From Trypanosoma brucei (lineage: Eukaryota), in NCBI GenBank assembly GCA_000002445.1, contig CP000069.1, forward strand, positions 480,001 to 544,000: a stretch of DNA of 64,000 nt, read 5' to 3'. Shown in pieces: positions 31,792-43,149 of this stretch. The stretch's first letter is position 1. Each line of letters opens with the position of its first letter. The translations under genes were made by a program, and so were the position numbers. Under the pieces are notes generated by a model. It saw only the letters and a list, made by a program, of their open reading frames with translations, searched no databases and was not told where the DNA came from.

Positions 31792-32700
31792 TCAAGACGT
31801 CGACGCTGTTGTCGCCTCGAGCTGTGAGCCAGCCTTATGTTCCTCTTCACCAGCAAGGGCTTTACTGCTCGAGGAGTCGGTAAGGACCTCGTCGGCCCGC
31901 TGCTGAACGTCGCGCGTTTCATACCACCACATGAAGTTGACCTTCCCGTTCAGGTCAGTATACGGCAAATAGTCTATTTCCCGCTGTTGGAATCGGCGCA
32001 GGTACCTTGTGGTGTTTGCTACCTCCTCCTCCAGACGCCGCGCGTGCGCCTCCTTCGCCTCAACATTCATTTCCCTAAATTTCTCCGCGTATGTGGAGGT
32101 TTCCGTTGCGGCCGCACCTCGCAAACCTGAATGGGCGTCCACCGCCTCTGATTTTGCTGTGACGATCCTCTGTACTTCTTCATATCGCTCGCGTGTAAGG
32201 AAGCAGAGCCACTCATTGGAAATGGCATCCCGCTCAAATGTGACGAATCCCTCCTCGCGTGCCTGTTTTAGCACCTCACGAAGATGCCTCTTACTATCGA
32301 GCACGATCTCCGGGTCGTTCGTGCAGTGTTCCCAAAGGCCTCCTACCTCACATGGCTGATGCCGATAAAGAACGCCAAGTACAAAGTTACGGGGGATGGT
32401 GCCAACATCGCGTGGAATAGCCTTGGTACGGAAGCGCTGTTCCTCCGTAAACTTAAAGTTTTCTGGAATGCGCTGTTCCGGCCAGTTCTTCATTTTAGCA
32501 CCGCGGTAAACAACTCCATGCGGTGTATGCACGCCGCTCTGCCAACGCGCGATCAAGGACCTCTTCATGACGGAGAAGTCGCCGCTGCCGCAAGGGATGG
32601 AACGGATTTGCGGGGCGCTAACACAACGAACTATACGAGGTAACGGAGACACAACTAGAGAAGACCAGAAAAACACGTCCGAAGTGTACAAACAACACAT
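31792..32700 (-). CDS. Hypothetical protein, 302 aa. The real start is possibly the internal MKRSLIARWQSG at ~32568.
   Basis: Long minus-strand ORF inside the polycistronic unit with no recognisable domain. The N-terminal 44 aa are low-complexity and may be 5'UTR. Confidence 0.45.
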   Translation of the reverse strand: MCCLYTSDVFFWSSLVVSPLPRIVRCVSAPQIRSIPCGSGDFSVMKRSLIARWQSGVHTPHGVVYRGAKMKNWPEQRIPENFKFTEEQRFRTKAIPRDVGTIPRNFVLGVLYRHQPCEVGGLWEHCTNDPEIVLDSKRHLREVLKQAREEGFVTFERDAISNEWLCFLTRERYEEVQRIVTAKSEAVDAHSGLRGAAATETSTYAEKFREMNVEAKEAHARRLEEEVANTTRYLRRFQQREIDYLPYTDLNGKVNFMWWYETRDVQQRADEVLTDSSSSKALAGEEEHKAGSQLEATTASTS

Positions 32701-33112
32701 GTGTGTGCTGCGCCAGCGTTAACATGGAGTTAAGCCACAATGTAAGCACGATCGAGTAACAACCCAAAAAGGAAATTCCCATCGGTGGTAAAACACGAAA
32801 ACAAAACTTGCAAGTAAATACCGACACTTGCACACGACAGTGAGCTGCCTTGGAGCTGTCCGGGCGTGATTTTCTCGGATCCGCGTACCGGTCACCGCCT
32901 CTAGGAGGTTCACAATGGGACGAAACAAACAAAAAGAGAGAGGGATATCGGTAATACTGTGACAAGCGTAGGTGTAATTAAGGGAGAGAGTGGAATATAA
33001 AAAGTCTTGTGATGATTTAAACTTATCGTCTTCCTCAAGGACGATAAATAAATAAATAAATATATATATGTATTTACAACGCTCGAGCAGTTAGAAAAGT
33101 CACCACGGAACA

Positions 33113-34081
33113 CTAAGTGAGGTTCTTACTTCGCTCGGGCGTGGGACCGGGTTGTGAGGTCATGAATTGGAGCACGCGCTTGGAGGTTGGAAAACAAGCC
33201 ATCAAGCAGAGAACGTATGCAATACATTTCAGGAAGAGAAATCCCAGCTGCCTTACGTGACATCCTCCAACGAACTGCCTCGCCTCCTCCGCCGGGTTTA
33301 CGCTCCGCGACGGATCTAAAATCAACTTTCCCTGCGTGATACGTGTAAACCCAACTGAGAATCCCAGTAGGGGCGTTCCACTCAAGTAAAGAAAACTACC
33401 CGTTTTGTTCCCGCATTCATCCAAAACTGATACCATGGTGAAGTGCATAAGTAGAGGAATACTGACATCGAACCCCTTTCCCAAATGTATCACATGTGGG
33501 ATAGAGCGGAAGGTGACTTTGGGTGATATCCATCCAACTTGCATACGAATGAGAGCCTCAAGCCTTAACCCCCTCCTCGATTCTAGCAAGCAGCGATACC
33601 GAACTCTCGACATGTTTCCCTCCTTGTCGCTCACTGTTATTTGAGCATTGGGGTTCATAGGTTTTCCCGGGCCGGCAGCTATGTGTGGGTCAATGGCCAG
33701 AAAGAAACCTGAGACACGGATGGGACCCTTAAACGGTTCCTCCACACGAAACAAACCCTTAGTTCCAAAGACGGGGTGATCTGTGGGGAGTAACCGACGG
33801 CTGCTCTGCGCAGTTGGGAGTGTGGCCTGTTGTTGGCCGAAGAGGGGATGGCTGGTGCTTAAGAGGGTACGCCTGGGACGGGCGGGTTCTCCCCTCTTCC
33901 GTGTCCACAAATGAAGGGGAAGAAGCCGCCTCCAGCAGCGCACGTATGGTGCCATCACTGCGCTTAGGACGAAAAAAAAAAGGGGAGGGAAAACAAAAGA
34001 AGAAATGAGAAGAGACAAAAAAGGAGAAACATCACGTGGAGGGGGGAGGGGAGAAAAGCGTTGACAAAGACAATTGGACAT
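33113..34081 (-). CDS. Hypothetical protein, 322 aa. The real start is possibly the internal MAPYVRCWRRLLPLHLW at ~33955, which is presequence-like.
   Basis: ATG confirmed at 34081. The first ~40 aa are Pro/Phe-rich, consistent with a translated polypyrimidine tract. No recognisable domain. Confidence 0.45.
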   Translation of the reverse strand: MSNCLCQRFSPLPPPRDVSPFLSLLISSFVFPPLFFFVLSAVMAPYVRCWRRLLPLHLWTRKRGEPARPRRTLLSTSHPLFGQQQATLPTAQSSRRLLPTDHPVFGTKGLFRVEEPFKGPIRVSGFFLAIDPHIAAGPGKPMNPNAQITVSDKEGNMSRVRYRCLLESRRGLRLEALIRMQVGWISPKVTFRSIPHVIHLGKGFDVSIPLLMHFTMVSVLDECGNKTGSFLYLSGTPLLGFSVGFTRITQGKLILDPSRSVNPAEEARQFVGGCHVRQLGFLFLKCIAYVLCLMACFPTSKRVLQFMTSQPGPTPERSKNLT

Positions 34082-34513
34082 GTAGATAACAATGGCAAAG
34101 TACGGCTGGCGGCAAGCGAAGCAACCTGCAGCTGTACGTGTACCATTTTGATAGCTTTGGTAATAAGACGTTGTTGAGTGAAGTGTGGGAATAAATCAGC
34201 CACCGCCTTCATATTAAAGCAAAGAGTTCAACGAGAATAGGAGAAAAAAACGACAACAGTGAGTGAGATAGGGTCCAAGAAAGGGGTTAAACGTGAATAA
34301 ATGAACCAGCACAGGGCATCTGCTTTCTTTTTTTTTTGTAGTGTATTTGAGTTGCGTCTCAGTGAAAGAATTATTCCCCTACCGGGAACAAAAGGAGAAA
34401 AACAGCAAAATCTTCAATAGCACAGCGGGTCGAAGAAAAAAAGGGGCAGAGGAGTCAAAAGTCCCTGCCTCCCTTCCCGACATTTAGGGAAAAGGGGTAT
34501 ATCAAGCAGGGAT

Positions 34514-35758
34514 CTATGAATTTCTTGTCGCAAGGCACATATCCAACCGCTCCATAATATCCTCAGGCAACTGCGGAAGTTTGACAGACTTACGGTACTC
34601 TTCAATTGTTTCCCTGTACTTAACGCAAAGAAGTCGGGCAGCAGCAAGACATCGACTAGATGATATACCAAGTTTACCCTGAATGTAATTAATAGCACTT
34701 TTCCCTTCGACCATATTTGTAGCCAAAATACACATGGAAAGCATCAGAACACCCAGTGCCGTGACATGACTGGGTAATTGTATGAATTCAACATGTAGAA
34801 CGACTTCCTGGACGAGCACTTGACACTGATTCAAGAAGCGTTTATTAATATTACGCGGAACAACCAAAGTGCCACGCTCCACAAAAACGAAATTGACCCC
34901 TCCATTAGATAAACACAACCGGCTCTCCCTTTTACTATCCACGTACAGAGAGCGTAACGGCGTGTCGAGCGCAGTGCGGCGGGTAACAAGGACGTTTTCC
35001 CCAAACACCTGAAAAACTTCGATGTTGTTGCTTGCAGGAATTCCCGCAATTGCGCACAGTTGTGGGACAATGCTTGTGATGATGCAGTCCTCCGTCGCCT
35101 CGAGGCGCTTCCACTTGTGCACATCTTCCTCTACTACAAGAATATTAAGAATGACAATCTCTCCGGGTTCTCTTTTCACCACTGAACCACATGAAACGAG
35201 GTCTTCGCTTCCGAGCATGTGCAGTTGCAAGTAAAGGTGGTTGATGACAGTTGTGTGTGGAAGCCGCCACTTGAAGAAACAAAGTATTGTTTCCTCCATC
35301 TCCAATATTTGCTCACTAGAGTAGGCATCATCGCAAACGCGGACAATTTTCTTAAGTGAGGGTAAGCTATTGTCCATCTCCTCAAATTTCGCCGCATCCC
35401 ACAAACATGTCGCCGCCGCCAGTTGACACTTCTCAATTGGGAGTGTTTGCAAAGAGCCCGAAATGAAGGCGTCCGTCAGCTGTATCGCAAGGCACAACGT
35501 TGTCCCCTTCAAGTTCAAAGCCACACAAACGTCACGCAGCCAGTTCGTAATTATCTTCCTATTCCTATAGCTATAAACGGACTTCTTAAGTTTCTTAATG
35601 TCGTCGAGTGGTGTCATTTCCTTCTTTTTCATCATTTCAAATATAGCGACATGCGACACGGTATCACCCTCTCCCGGATGTGACTTATAGTCAATGGAAG
35701 AAGGATCCCCGAATGGCCCCGGTATGGAGTTTAGCGTCACAGTTGTACGTATGTTCAT
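34514..35758 (-). CDS. Cyclin with N- and C-terminal cyclin folds, ~415 aa from MNIRTT. The ORF-track start at 35959 is an apparent TTG, and there is another ATG at 35869.
   Basis: Cyclin box KIITNWLRDVCVALNLKGTTLCLAIQLTDAFISG...KCQLAAATCLWDAAKFEE...SEQILEMEETILCFFKWRL. By position this is probably the chromosome 6 cyclin CYC3; that is recollection only. Confidence 0.65.
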   Translation of the reverse strand: MNIRTTVTLNSIPGPFGDPSSIDYKSHPGEGDTVSHVAIFEMMKKKEMTPLDDIKKLKKSVYSYRNRKIITNWLRDVCVALNLKGTTLCLAIQLTDAFISGSLQTLPIEKCQLAAATCLWDAAKFEEMDNSLPSLKKIVRVCDDAYSSEQILEMEETILCFFKWRLPHTTVINHLYLQLHMLGSEDLVSCGSVVKREPGEIVILNILVVEEDVHKWKRLEATEDCIITSIVPQLCAIAGIPASNNIEVFQVFGENVLVTRRTALDTPLRSLYVDSKRESRLCLSNGGVNFVFVERGTLVVPRNINKRFLNQCQVLVQEVVLHVEFIQLPSHVTALGVLMLSMCILATNMVEGKSAINYIQGKLGISSSRCLAAARLLCVKYRETIEEYRKSVKLPQLPEDIMERLDMCLATRNS

Positions 35759-37182
35759 CGTGACCGCCCGCGATATAAATGTTAAATGTTCCGATGACAC
35801 CACCGTAACGCCCAGCTTTTCCTCCCATACATACACACATATCCAAAATGTATGAGGGGAATGTGACATAAGCAGAGGGAGACGAATACCACATGAAACC
35901 ACCAGCGAGGTGAAGAGAAGGGATAAGGGGAGTAAGTCGAGATAATTGAGTAAAGACAAGTAAAATGTTGTCGTTTCTCCCCCTTTTTAAATATTGAACT
36001 GGTATGTGGTGCCTGCGTCGTTGGTGGAGGTAAAGTGGCCAACAGAGGCGAAGATAAATTATCCGTAACAAATGAACACGAGTTTTCTTTTTTTTTTTCT
36101 GGAAAGAAATTATGGAGGAGAAGAAGAAGGAACCAAATAAGTTTTCGGCTTCACGTGCAGAAGTACTAATGGCAGCTACAAATCCTCATCTGCGAACGTT
36201 GATCGTACCTCCCCCCTCCCCGGCAGCTCCTTCTATTCGCAATGGTGCTGAGAATTACGCCACTTTACGCACGTGCGGCTCACTGTCCCCTCTTTTTTTC
36301 TTTGCCATTCACAAATTTGCCCCCGTCTCGTCCACAACAATCCTTTCGTTTCGTTTCTTTACCTGTCACTCCTCCATTACCTCTTCTTCTTCCTTTTTGG
36401 CACTTGGGGGACCGCTGCTATTTTTCCTTATTTCTGTTACATCAGGTAAAGGTAAGTAAAGGTTGGGAACCAAATGTCATTGAAGCCACTGTGTAAAAGA
36501 GTCCAACTGCACCTGTCAGCGCGCTCCGGCCGTGTCACGGCGCCTTCATGCTCTCGGCCGCGTGTACTTTTTTTTTTCCTTTACTCCGTACAAGACGGAG
36601 TAAAGAAATTGCTTGGGGAGACCAGCTTCGTACCTCCTCGTGACCATCCGCAAACTGGCGGCGACAACACGATAGAGGCGTGACATTAAATGAAGTGTGA
36701 GCGCACCTGTCCGGCGAACATCAATATTAACTCAGTTCAGTACCATCGCGGGCATTGTGCCTCCTATTGAGGTGCAGCTGTAGAACTTTTTGACGCATTA
36801 TTGGGAGAAAAGATCAAGCTGTAAAAGGAACCAAATGACTGCAGAAAGGTATTTCCTGTTTCACATGTTTTACACCAACATAGTGGGCATGTGCGCCTTT
36901 TGTCTACCATGTTTCTACTTCTCATACGCGCACGAGTGTCTGTACCCCCTTGCGGTGCCCCTCGTTCCTACATAGATGAAAATTTCAACTCCTCCACACT
37001 TTTCTTTTGGTTACCACTCGCCTAATCATTTTTGCTTTCAACTAACTTACAAGTTTGTTCTCATTTCCCCACTTTATTAATAGTTATACTTCTTTCCCTC
37101 TTTGGTTCACTCTTTTGTTATGGTGGTAGAAGTCCCATTTCCGCCCTTCAACAGCCTTCAGAGTTTCAAAACTACTCCTCCA

Positions 37183-37854
37183 TCAAGCCGCCCCTCGGAA
37201 CCGATCCAACTGCTCATCAAGACCCTCGCGCGTCATGGGCCCACTTCTGCGAGCCCCTTCTTTTTTATTGTGTGCGGAGTTGTTGCCTCCACGGGAGGAG
37301 CGGTTGGTACGTTGTAACAGTTCGTCATCCAGTTTCCTGCGCTGAGGTTGCTGCTGGGGCCGCTGGCGGTCGTTCTCGCGTTGAAGTCTGCGTCGCCTCC
37401 CTTCCACCAGACGCCGACGAAGACGGCCCATGGCCACTCCGCCGCGCAGAGGCAACCGCTCACGCAGACGATCACGGCGCTCCAAGCGCTCGAGTCGTTC
37501 AAGTCGTTCCAGGCGGAGCAAACGTTCCCTCCGCTCGCGACGCAGCTGCCGCTCAATGTCCTCATCCCGCGCAAAGCGGTCCGCAGCACTGCGTCGGAAG
37601 AGGCGCCGGTCGCTGAAGCGTCGGCTACGTTCCCCATCTCGGGAACGGCGGCTTCTGCGGACCTGGCGGTCACCATACCCGAAACCCTCAAGCCGTGTCC
37701 GGCGCTCACTGACAAGGTAGCGACGTGGTGCTGGGAGATCATCTTCCCTGTCACTTCTTCGTTGATCCCGCGCTTCAGCAAGTGCCCGGACGCGGCGCAC
37801 GTTCCGGTCGTACAAGTCGCGAAGACGCCTGCGGTCGAAGTCGTCTCGGCGCAT
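37183..37854 (-). CDS. Low-complexity Arg/Asp/Glu-rich protein, 223 aa, with (LER)n repeats.
   Basis: ATG confirmed. Contains RRERRERLLRLERLERLERLERRDRLRERL. The region is GC-rich and open in several frames; this frame is chosen because it matches the minus-strand unit and looks like an RD/RE-type charged protein. Confidence 0.4.
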   Translation of the reverse strand: MRRDDFDRRRLRDLYDRNVRRVRALAEARDQRRSDREDDLPAPRRYLVSERRTRLEGFGYGDRQVRRSRRSRDGERSRRFSDRRLFRRSAADRFARDEDIERQLRRERRERLLRLERLERLERLERRDRLRERLPLRGGVAMGRLRRRLVEGRRRRLQRENDRQRPQQQPQRRKLDDELLQRTNRSSRGGNNSAHNKKEGARRSGPMTREGLDEQLDRFRGAA

Positions 37855-38219
37855 AGCTTCAAGCCTGTTTCGTATATTTATTTATTTTTCTATTTTCCTT
37901 CCTCACTCCACCTTGATTCGTTCTCTTCTTTCACTCGCTCTAGTCGTATTGACCCTCTGGGTGTCCTTTACTCCTCTTACGCTGCCGAAAAGCAATAGCG
38001 TTTGCGATGCGAACGGCCAAAAACGTAAGCTTTGTGTCCTCCACATCGGTGGACAAACACGTGGCGATGCGTGATGTGTGTGACAGACATTTGAAGGAAA
38101 GTGGGGAAAGCGAAAACGGTCTCATGACTGCCTTTCCTTCGTCTCCCGTATGTCACAAGGACACATTTCAACGAAGAGGGAGAGATACAACACAAAGGGG
38201 AAGCCACTTCTTTACATAT

Positions 38220-41200
38220 TTATGGCCCGTGGCGAACGCCGTTCAGGAGAACCTCGCCGGTTGTGTGGCCAGTCAGCACGAATGACTCAGGACCGTTCTT
38301 ATATGTAGCAACGCAGAGGCATTTGTAATTTGATAACTTGGTCGCTGCTCCCCCCCGCCTGACATTCACCAGGAAAACTGATCCGCACCCGGCCACTACC
38401 ACAACCAACCCTGAAACGTAAACGCATTGCACAGGCTTCAGAGTTGCTGGTGGGGGTAATGTGGAGACCTTCTGCACTTCGAAACGAGCGGAAGAGTCAA
38501 CACCATCTACGTGTAGATGAAAGAGATGGAAATAAACATCGAAAAAGAAGAGTGAGACCACCGGTGATTCTGTGTCACGCGCTGCGGCTGCTATTTGGAA
38601 GGGATGCTTGTAGGAAGTCCTCTCTGCGTGATTTTGAAGACTCCAGCAGCGCACCGTGAGATCCTTGCAGACACTGATCAAAACATCTTCGACAAAGAAG
38701 CCATAAAAAACGTGGCCGCTGTGTCCAATAAACTGGTTCAGTAGGGACCAGGTGGACACCTCGTACACGTAAAGTGTAGATCCTTTATCGAAGTTTGAAA
38801 CAACGGCAAGGTACCTGTCGTCCGGGTCGGCTACAAAGTCCAGTGAAGCTTTTTCTCTTGCATCAGTCGGCAGAAGCATTTCCGATACTTTGAACTCCTC
38901 TTCATCCAGATCAATGTAACAAAAACACCCCGCCTTTTCCTTAAAAGAGAACACGAGATAGTTACAGAGGAACACCATGCCCTCGACCTCTTTGACAGCG
39001 CAGACAGTTGGTGGACCGCCTTTCGTTGGTTGAAGCAACAATGCGCCGTCGGAGTCCAAAGCCGCGAAAAGTGTTCCTTTGGAATTTGCGGTAATACGTT
39101 CAATTGACACAGCTGACAATTTACCGCTTAACCGCCAATTGGACGACAAGGACTTCTTCTGGAGCACCTTCGTGGAGAGGAATGGGTTGTCACCCAGACG
39201 CCACACTTTCACTTCATTCCGAGAAGTAAGTGCCATGACCAGTTGATTCCGTTCTTGCACAAAGGTAATTGCCCCGATGGCGCACGTGAGGACACCCACA
39301 GGTCGCCGGGTGCTGGCATCCCACACATAAAGGTAATAACCACACAAAGCAATGATGAAGGAATCACTCCCCGTTATGAGCAACTGCGTGGGGATTTCGT
39401 CGAACAGCTGATCCAATTTCTTGAACCTTCCGCTGGACGTCTCCCACAATTTCAGTCCCTCTTGCTGCCTGGAGAGCAGTTGCCCACCGTTAGAATTGAG
39501 GTAAAGTTCTTCAATAGGGGTTCGCCCAGCATTAGCAATGTGTAAAAGCTCGCCAGCGCCGGACCAAATCCATATGTCTTCGTCCACTGACGAGGCAATG
39601 AGACGATCGCTTGCGGGGAAAGCCACACATCGGATTACCCCCGTATGTGAAAGTTTCTGCACCCTGCATCCCCTGATAATAAATAAATCGTACAAACTGG
39701 TAGCGAGGACGGAACTACCGAAAAAGTATGCTTCACGTGCCTCCGCCTCTAGGGTTGGTAATATTATGACTTTATTTTTCTTAGTCAGGTCCATAATTGA
39801 GAGAGATTTGCTCAAATTATGCTGTACAGCAATATTAGTCCCCAACACGTCGAGTGCCCTGTCAGACAGTGTAGCGGTGACATCATCAACATTAGAGTGA
39901 CCACCCGTCAAAAAGTCAAACGTTGCGAGATGTCTGTCCCATATCAAAACAATGCGGGTACCACAAGCGCTGAGCGCACCCTGGAAAACGGCGTCTTTGT
40001 TGCAAGTAGTGTCAAACGTGGCAACTACCTTATCGAAATTCCCAGTGGAGTACACAAACACAGTTGTTTTAGTCGATATCACGAGGTATTTCTCACGCAA
40101 GTGAACATAAATCGGCGTTTCATTGACGGGGATGGAAATTGAGGAGCCCTCCTCCCCAGCCGTGTTCAGAGGTGCAAGCACCGAATATGGCACTTCCTCT
40201 GAAGTGGAGGCGTCTCTGTAATATGGCGAAACCTCCGACAACTGAAGCGCGGACTGAAAAAAGAAACAGTCAAATGATTGAATATCTTTAGCCGCATTCA
40301 GCAGGGCGGAACGGCGTTGGCTCTGATCCTGCTTATCGAACACAAAGTACTCCCCATCGTGCAGCTGCGACAGGAGTCGATAGGAATTCAAGAGACGGAA
40401 AATGATGTCAATGGCATATTGGGTATTGCTCTTTTCTCTAGAAAAAGCGGCATCCATTATACTGGCATCCAAAATGAGCGAGTACGCGTTCTCAAAACTA
40501 CCGTTGACAAAAATGAGAGGTCCAATTTGCCTGAAACACAGAGAGAGATCAGGGCTCCGTGTTTTGACTAGGCGATACAAATGATTTTCCACCAATGCAT
40601 TGACATTATCCAACAAATCGCTGTAGAGGGAGTTCACAACCTCGTGTACCTCTGGCCCCGCCAAATGCGCCACAGAACCACCGTGAATTTCCACAATGCC
40701 GTCATCAATGAGCATGAGAAGAACTGGGATCGTTTTATTGCGTGGGCATGGCCCGAGATCTTCACACACGCATACAACCTCTGTGACAGGCAGGGAAGCC
40801 GCAGCAAGGCATGTGAGGACGTAGCGCACAGTAAGAGGATCTCCCTGGTCTTCGTGGACCTTCAGAAGCTTAACCAACAGCTCCCTCATCGTATTAGGGA
40901 CCTCCGAGGGGAGGAAGAAGGTGACATCCTCTGAGTCGGTAGTTAGTGAGAAGCGGAAAAGAAGTGATGCTGCGTAAGTGTCAAAACTTGTAAACTTGGA
41001 CCCATCCTTATTCAAGAATGCGTTACCCACCACTCTTTTCCATGCTTCACAGTTAGAGGTGTCCCCGCCATCCTCCTGATGTCCACCTGCAGTTCCCCCT
41101 AATATGCCGCGCCGCACAAGTTCTTCAGTAAAGAGCCATGAACGCACCTCGTCTGGAAGTGGGGCGTTTAACACTTCAAACGGTTGAGGAAGTCGCTTGC

Positions 41201-42833
41201 GAAAGGCGACTAGAATGGGACTCTCTGTTTTAATTGAGACAACAAGGGTAATTTTAGGAGGCAGGGTCGAGGGCAACCAATCCAGGCTACAGCAGTAGTC
41301 GTTTCCGCAGCTATCAAGTGTGTCCATCGATGGAATGATCATTAACAACGGCTCGTCCTCGTAGTGACTAATTGCATCATGGACTTCATTGCATAACGTA
41401 TCAAGAGAAAGGTACAACTCCATGGGGGATTTGGACAGCACGCCAAGAAGATAACTCAAAAACACAACCATACTACGGTTGTCACGTTTATAAGGGTAAA
41501 ACACCACCTTCATAGGGCCACTTTCCGCATACTTGTTAGCCAACCACGAGAGGACATTGTTGTGAGCCTTCACGTCCGTTCCGATAAGAACAATAGGTAC
41601 GCATGTGCTCCACAAACGTTTCTCCACGTGCAATACTATCTCTTTGCACATTGGGTATGATGAGAACAGGGACTCTTTTTCGCTAGTCAGAATGTACGCC
41701 TTCTCCTCGTCAACCTCCTTCTCTTCGTTCTGAGAACCCTCCTCCATGGTGAATTTCCGCGAGAAGACATCAGTCAATGCACAGTATAGATCACTCTGAC
41801 AGCGGACCTTCCAGCAATTCTTGGTTCTCAAACGCACTGCCGATGGAACATCGCAGTCTCCAACTTCGTCCCAGTTCACCGCTGGAAACCACTTTTCCGG
41901 AGGCACCTCAACTACTCCTGCAGTGTCCGGTTTCTCTTCCCCTTTCTCATCTGATTCGCTCAGTAATGTTACATCGTACACAAAAAAGTTGGTAACGCAC
42001 TTTATCGCGGGACTACATATGGCGCCAAATTTGTCCTTGAGCGGCTTTGTAATGGGTCGTGTTTGCTGAACTGTTGCCATAACGGCCTTCAGTGCAGCCT
42101 CATTCCATGGCACGGCGTCGTCCACGAGCGCAACACACCAACTCAAACCGTGATTATACCTCTCGGCGCACCGCTCTATTTTCGCAACCGCCACGTCCGG
42201 CGTATCATTTTCATCGATTGCTAGTAAACAAACGCGAAGTCTATACTGCGCGAGAAGACTGCTTACAGGGGGCAATATCTCGGTTGAATACTTCTCCACA
42301 TATGAGGCAGGTCCGGCCACCGCAACAAACACAACATCCCATTGCATTGGATTCAGATCCTCCGCACATGGTGCGATAACCGCTGCCTGTGTTTCCTCGT
42401 TGGACTTGCAGCACCGCTCCAATCGGCGCGGCCACTCATCCTCTAATTCGCACTTCTCAACATTAATTTCCGTCAGTGTTGGTACAATCCGCGCGGTCTC
42501 CCATAGCACCCGCGCGGCGGCCACGTTCATAGGATTCTCAGATACATCAACATGACAAACGTAGCGGGAGCCGCGTAGAAACCTACAGAGATGCTCAACA
42601 CAAGTGGTAGACAGGCCATTTTTTTTTAGCACCACCCTTCGAATCCCCACGTGGCAGGAAATGCAGTCAAGCAACGCCTTTACGCCAAGCTCGCCAAGGA
42701 GCGTTCGGGAGGCGTCAATCTCCTCCAACATGAGCTGTGGTGTGTCCACCTGCTGAAGAATCTCTGTGTTTGGTTTGACATTATAAAATTGACAGCATTC
42801 CTTGTAGAGGCTGATTGATTGGGAGGCAAACAT
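38220..42833 (-). CDS. Large protein with N-terminal leucine-rich repeats and C-terminal WD40 repeats, ~1537 aa from MFASQSIS. The ORF-track start at 42968 is GTG.
   Basis: N-terminal RNI-like LRR ...LGELGVKALLDCISCHVGIRRVVLKKNGLSTTCVEHLCRFL.... Multiple WD-like GH...W/D units, for example GHTGVIRCVAFPASDRLIASSVDEDIWIWS, GHSGHVFYGFFVEDVLISVCKDLTVRCWSL and VLTGHTTGEVLL. Codons checked at 42966-42968 (cac) and ATG at 42831-42833. Confidence 0.6.
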   Translation of the reverse strand: MFASQSISLYKECCQFYNVKPNTEILQQVDTPQLMLEEIDASRTLLGELGVKALLDCISCHVGIRRVVLKKNGLSTTCVEHLCRFLRGSRYVCHVDVSENPMNVAAARVLWETARIVPTLTEINVEKCELEDEWPRRLERCCKSNEETQAAVIAPCAEDLNPMQWDVVFVAVAGPASYVEKYSTEILPPVSSLLAQYRLRVCLLAIDENDTPDVAVAKIERCAERYNHGLSWCVALVDDAVPWNEAALKAVMATVQQTRPITKPLKDKFGAICSPAIKCVTNFFVYDVTLLSESDEKGEEKPDTAGVVEVPPEKWFPAVNWDEVGDCDVPSAVRLRTKNCWKVRCQSDLYCALTDVFSRKFTMEEGSQNEEKEVDEEKAYILTSEKESLFSSYPMCKEIVLHVEKRLWSTCVPIVLIGTDVKAHNNVLSWLANKYAESGPMKVVFYPYKRDNRSMVVFLSYLLGVLSKSPMELYLSLDTLCNEVHDAISHYEDEPLLMIIPSMDTLDSCGNDYCCSLDWLPSTLPPKITLVVSIKTESPILVAFRKRLPQPFEVLNAPLPDEVRSWLFTEELVRRGILGGTAGGHQEDGGDTSNCEAWKRVVGNAFLNKDGSKFTSFDTYAASLLFRFSLTTDSEDVTFFLPSEVPNTMRELLVKLLKVHEDQGDPLTVRYVLTCLAAASLPVTEVVCVCEDLGPCPRNKTIPVLLMLIDDGIVEIHGGSVAHLAGPEVHEVVNSLYSDLLDNVNALVENHLYRLVKTRSPDLSLCFRQIGPLIFVNGSFENAYSLILDASIMDAAFSREKSNTQYAIDIIFRLLNSYRLLSQLHDGEYFVFDKQDQSQRRSALLNAAKDIQSFDCFFFQSALQLSEVSPYYRDASTSEEVPYSVLAPLNTAGEEGSSISIPVNETPIYVHLREKYLVISTKTTVFVYSTGNFDKVVATFDTTCNKDAVFQGALSACGTRIVLIWDRHLATFDFLTGGHSNVDDVTATLSDRALDVLGTNIAVQHNLSKSLSIMDLTKKNKVIILPTLEAEAREAYFFGSSVLATSLYDLFIIRGCRVQKLSHTGVIRCVAFPASDRLIASSVDEDIWIWSGAGELLHIANAGRTPIEELYLNSNGGQLLSRQQEGLKLWETSSGRFKKLDQLFDEIPTQLLITGSDSFIIALCGYYLYVWDASTRRPVGVLTCAIGAITFVQERNQLVMALTSRNEVKVWRLGDNPFLSTKVLQKKSLSSNWRLSGKLSAVSIERITANSKGTLFAALDSDGALLLQPTKGGPPTVCAVKEVEGMVFLCNYLVFSFKEKAGCFCYIDLDEEEFKVSEMLLPTDAREKASLDFVADPDDRYLAVVSNFDKGSTLYVYEVSTWSLLNQFIGHSGHVFYGFFVEDVLISVCKDLTVRCWSLQNHAERTSYKHPFQIAAAARDTESPVVSLFFFDVYFHLFHLHVDGVDSSARFEVQKVSTLPPPATLKPVQCVYVSGLVVVVAGCGSVFLVNVRRGGAATKLSNYKCLCVATYKNGPESFVLTGHTTGEVLLNGVRHGP

Positions 42834-43149
42834 TCTCACAACACAACAATCAGCACCACGCCTTGAGAAACATGTTCGATAGACAAGAAGATGTGAAAAT
42901 AACAAACAAAAAGAACGACGAAATACCAAGTAACGGAGGAACATTAGTAACAGATGAGCAAAGGCCACAAATGAAACTTAAACAAGAATTGAACCAGTAA
43001 AAACATTAGGAAAGGGAGTGTACGGATGATGACATTCACATCCCTTATGTTCGTTGTTCCTCCACCACTTCCTCACTGGATCACAAATGCCAAGCCACCT
43101 TTACCTCGTGACAAAATAACTTCACCGCCTTCTGGTGGCGGTAGGCCGC

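Noticed and set aside
37032-37998. Plus-strand 194-aa and 216-aa ORFs and the 96-aa RS-rich plus-strand ORF over the GC-rich locus
   Set aside because: They are antisense to the polycistronic unit; the all-frames-open state is produced by the cgn/gan repeat composition. The frame ambiguity is kept as a finding, but these are not called as genes.
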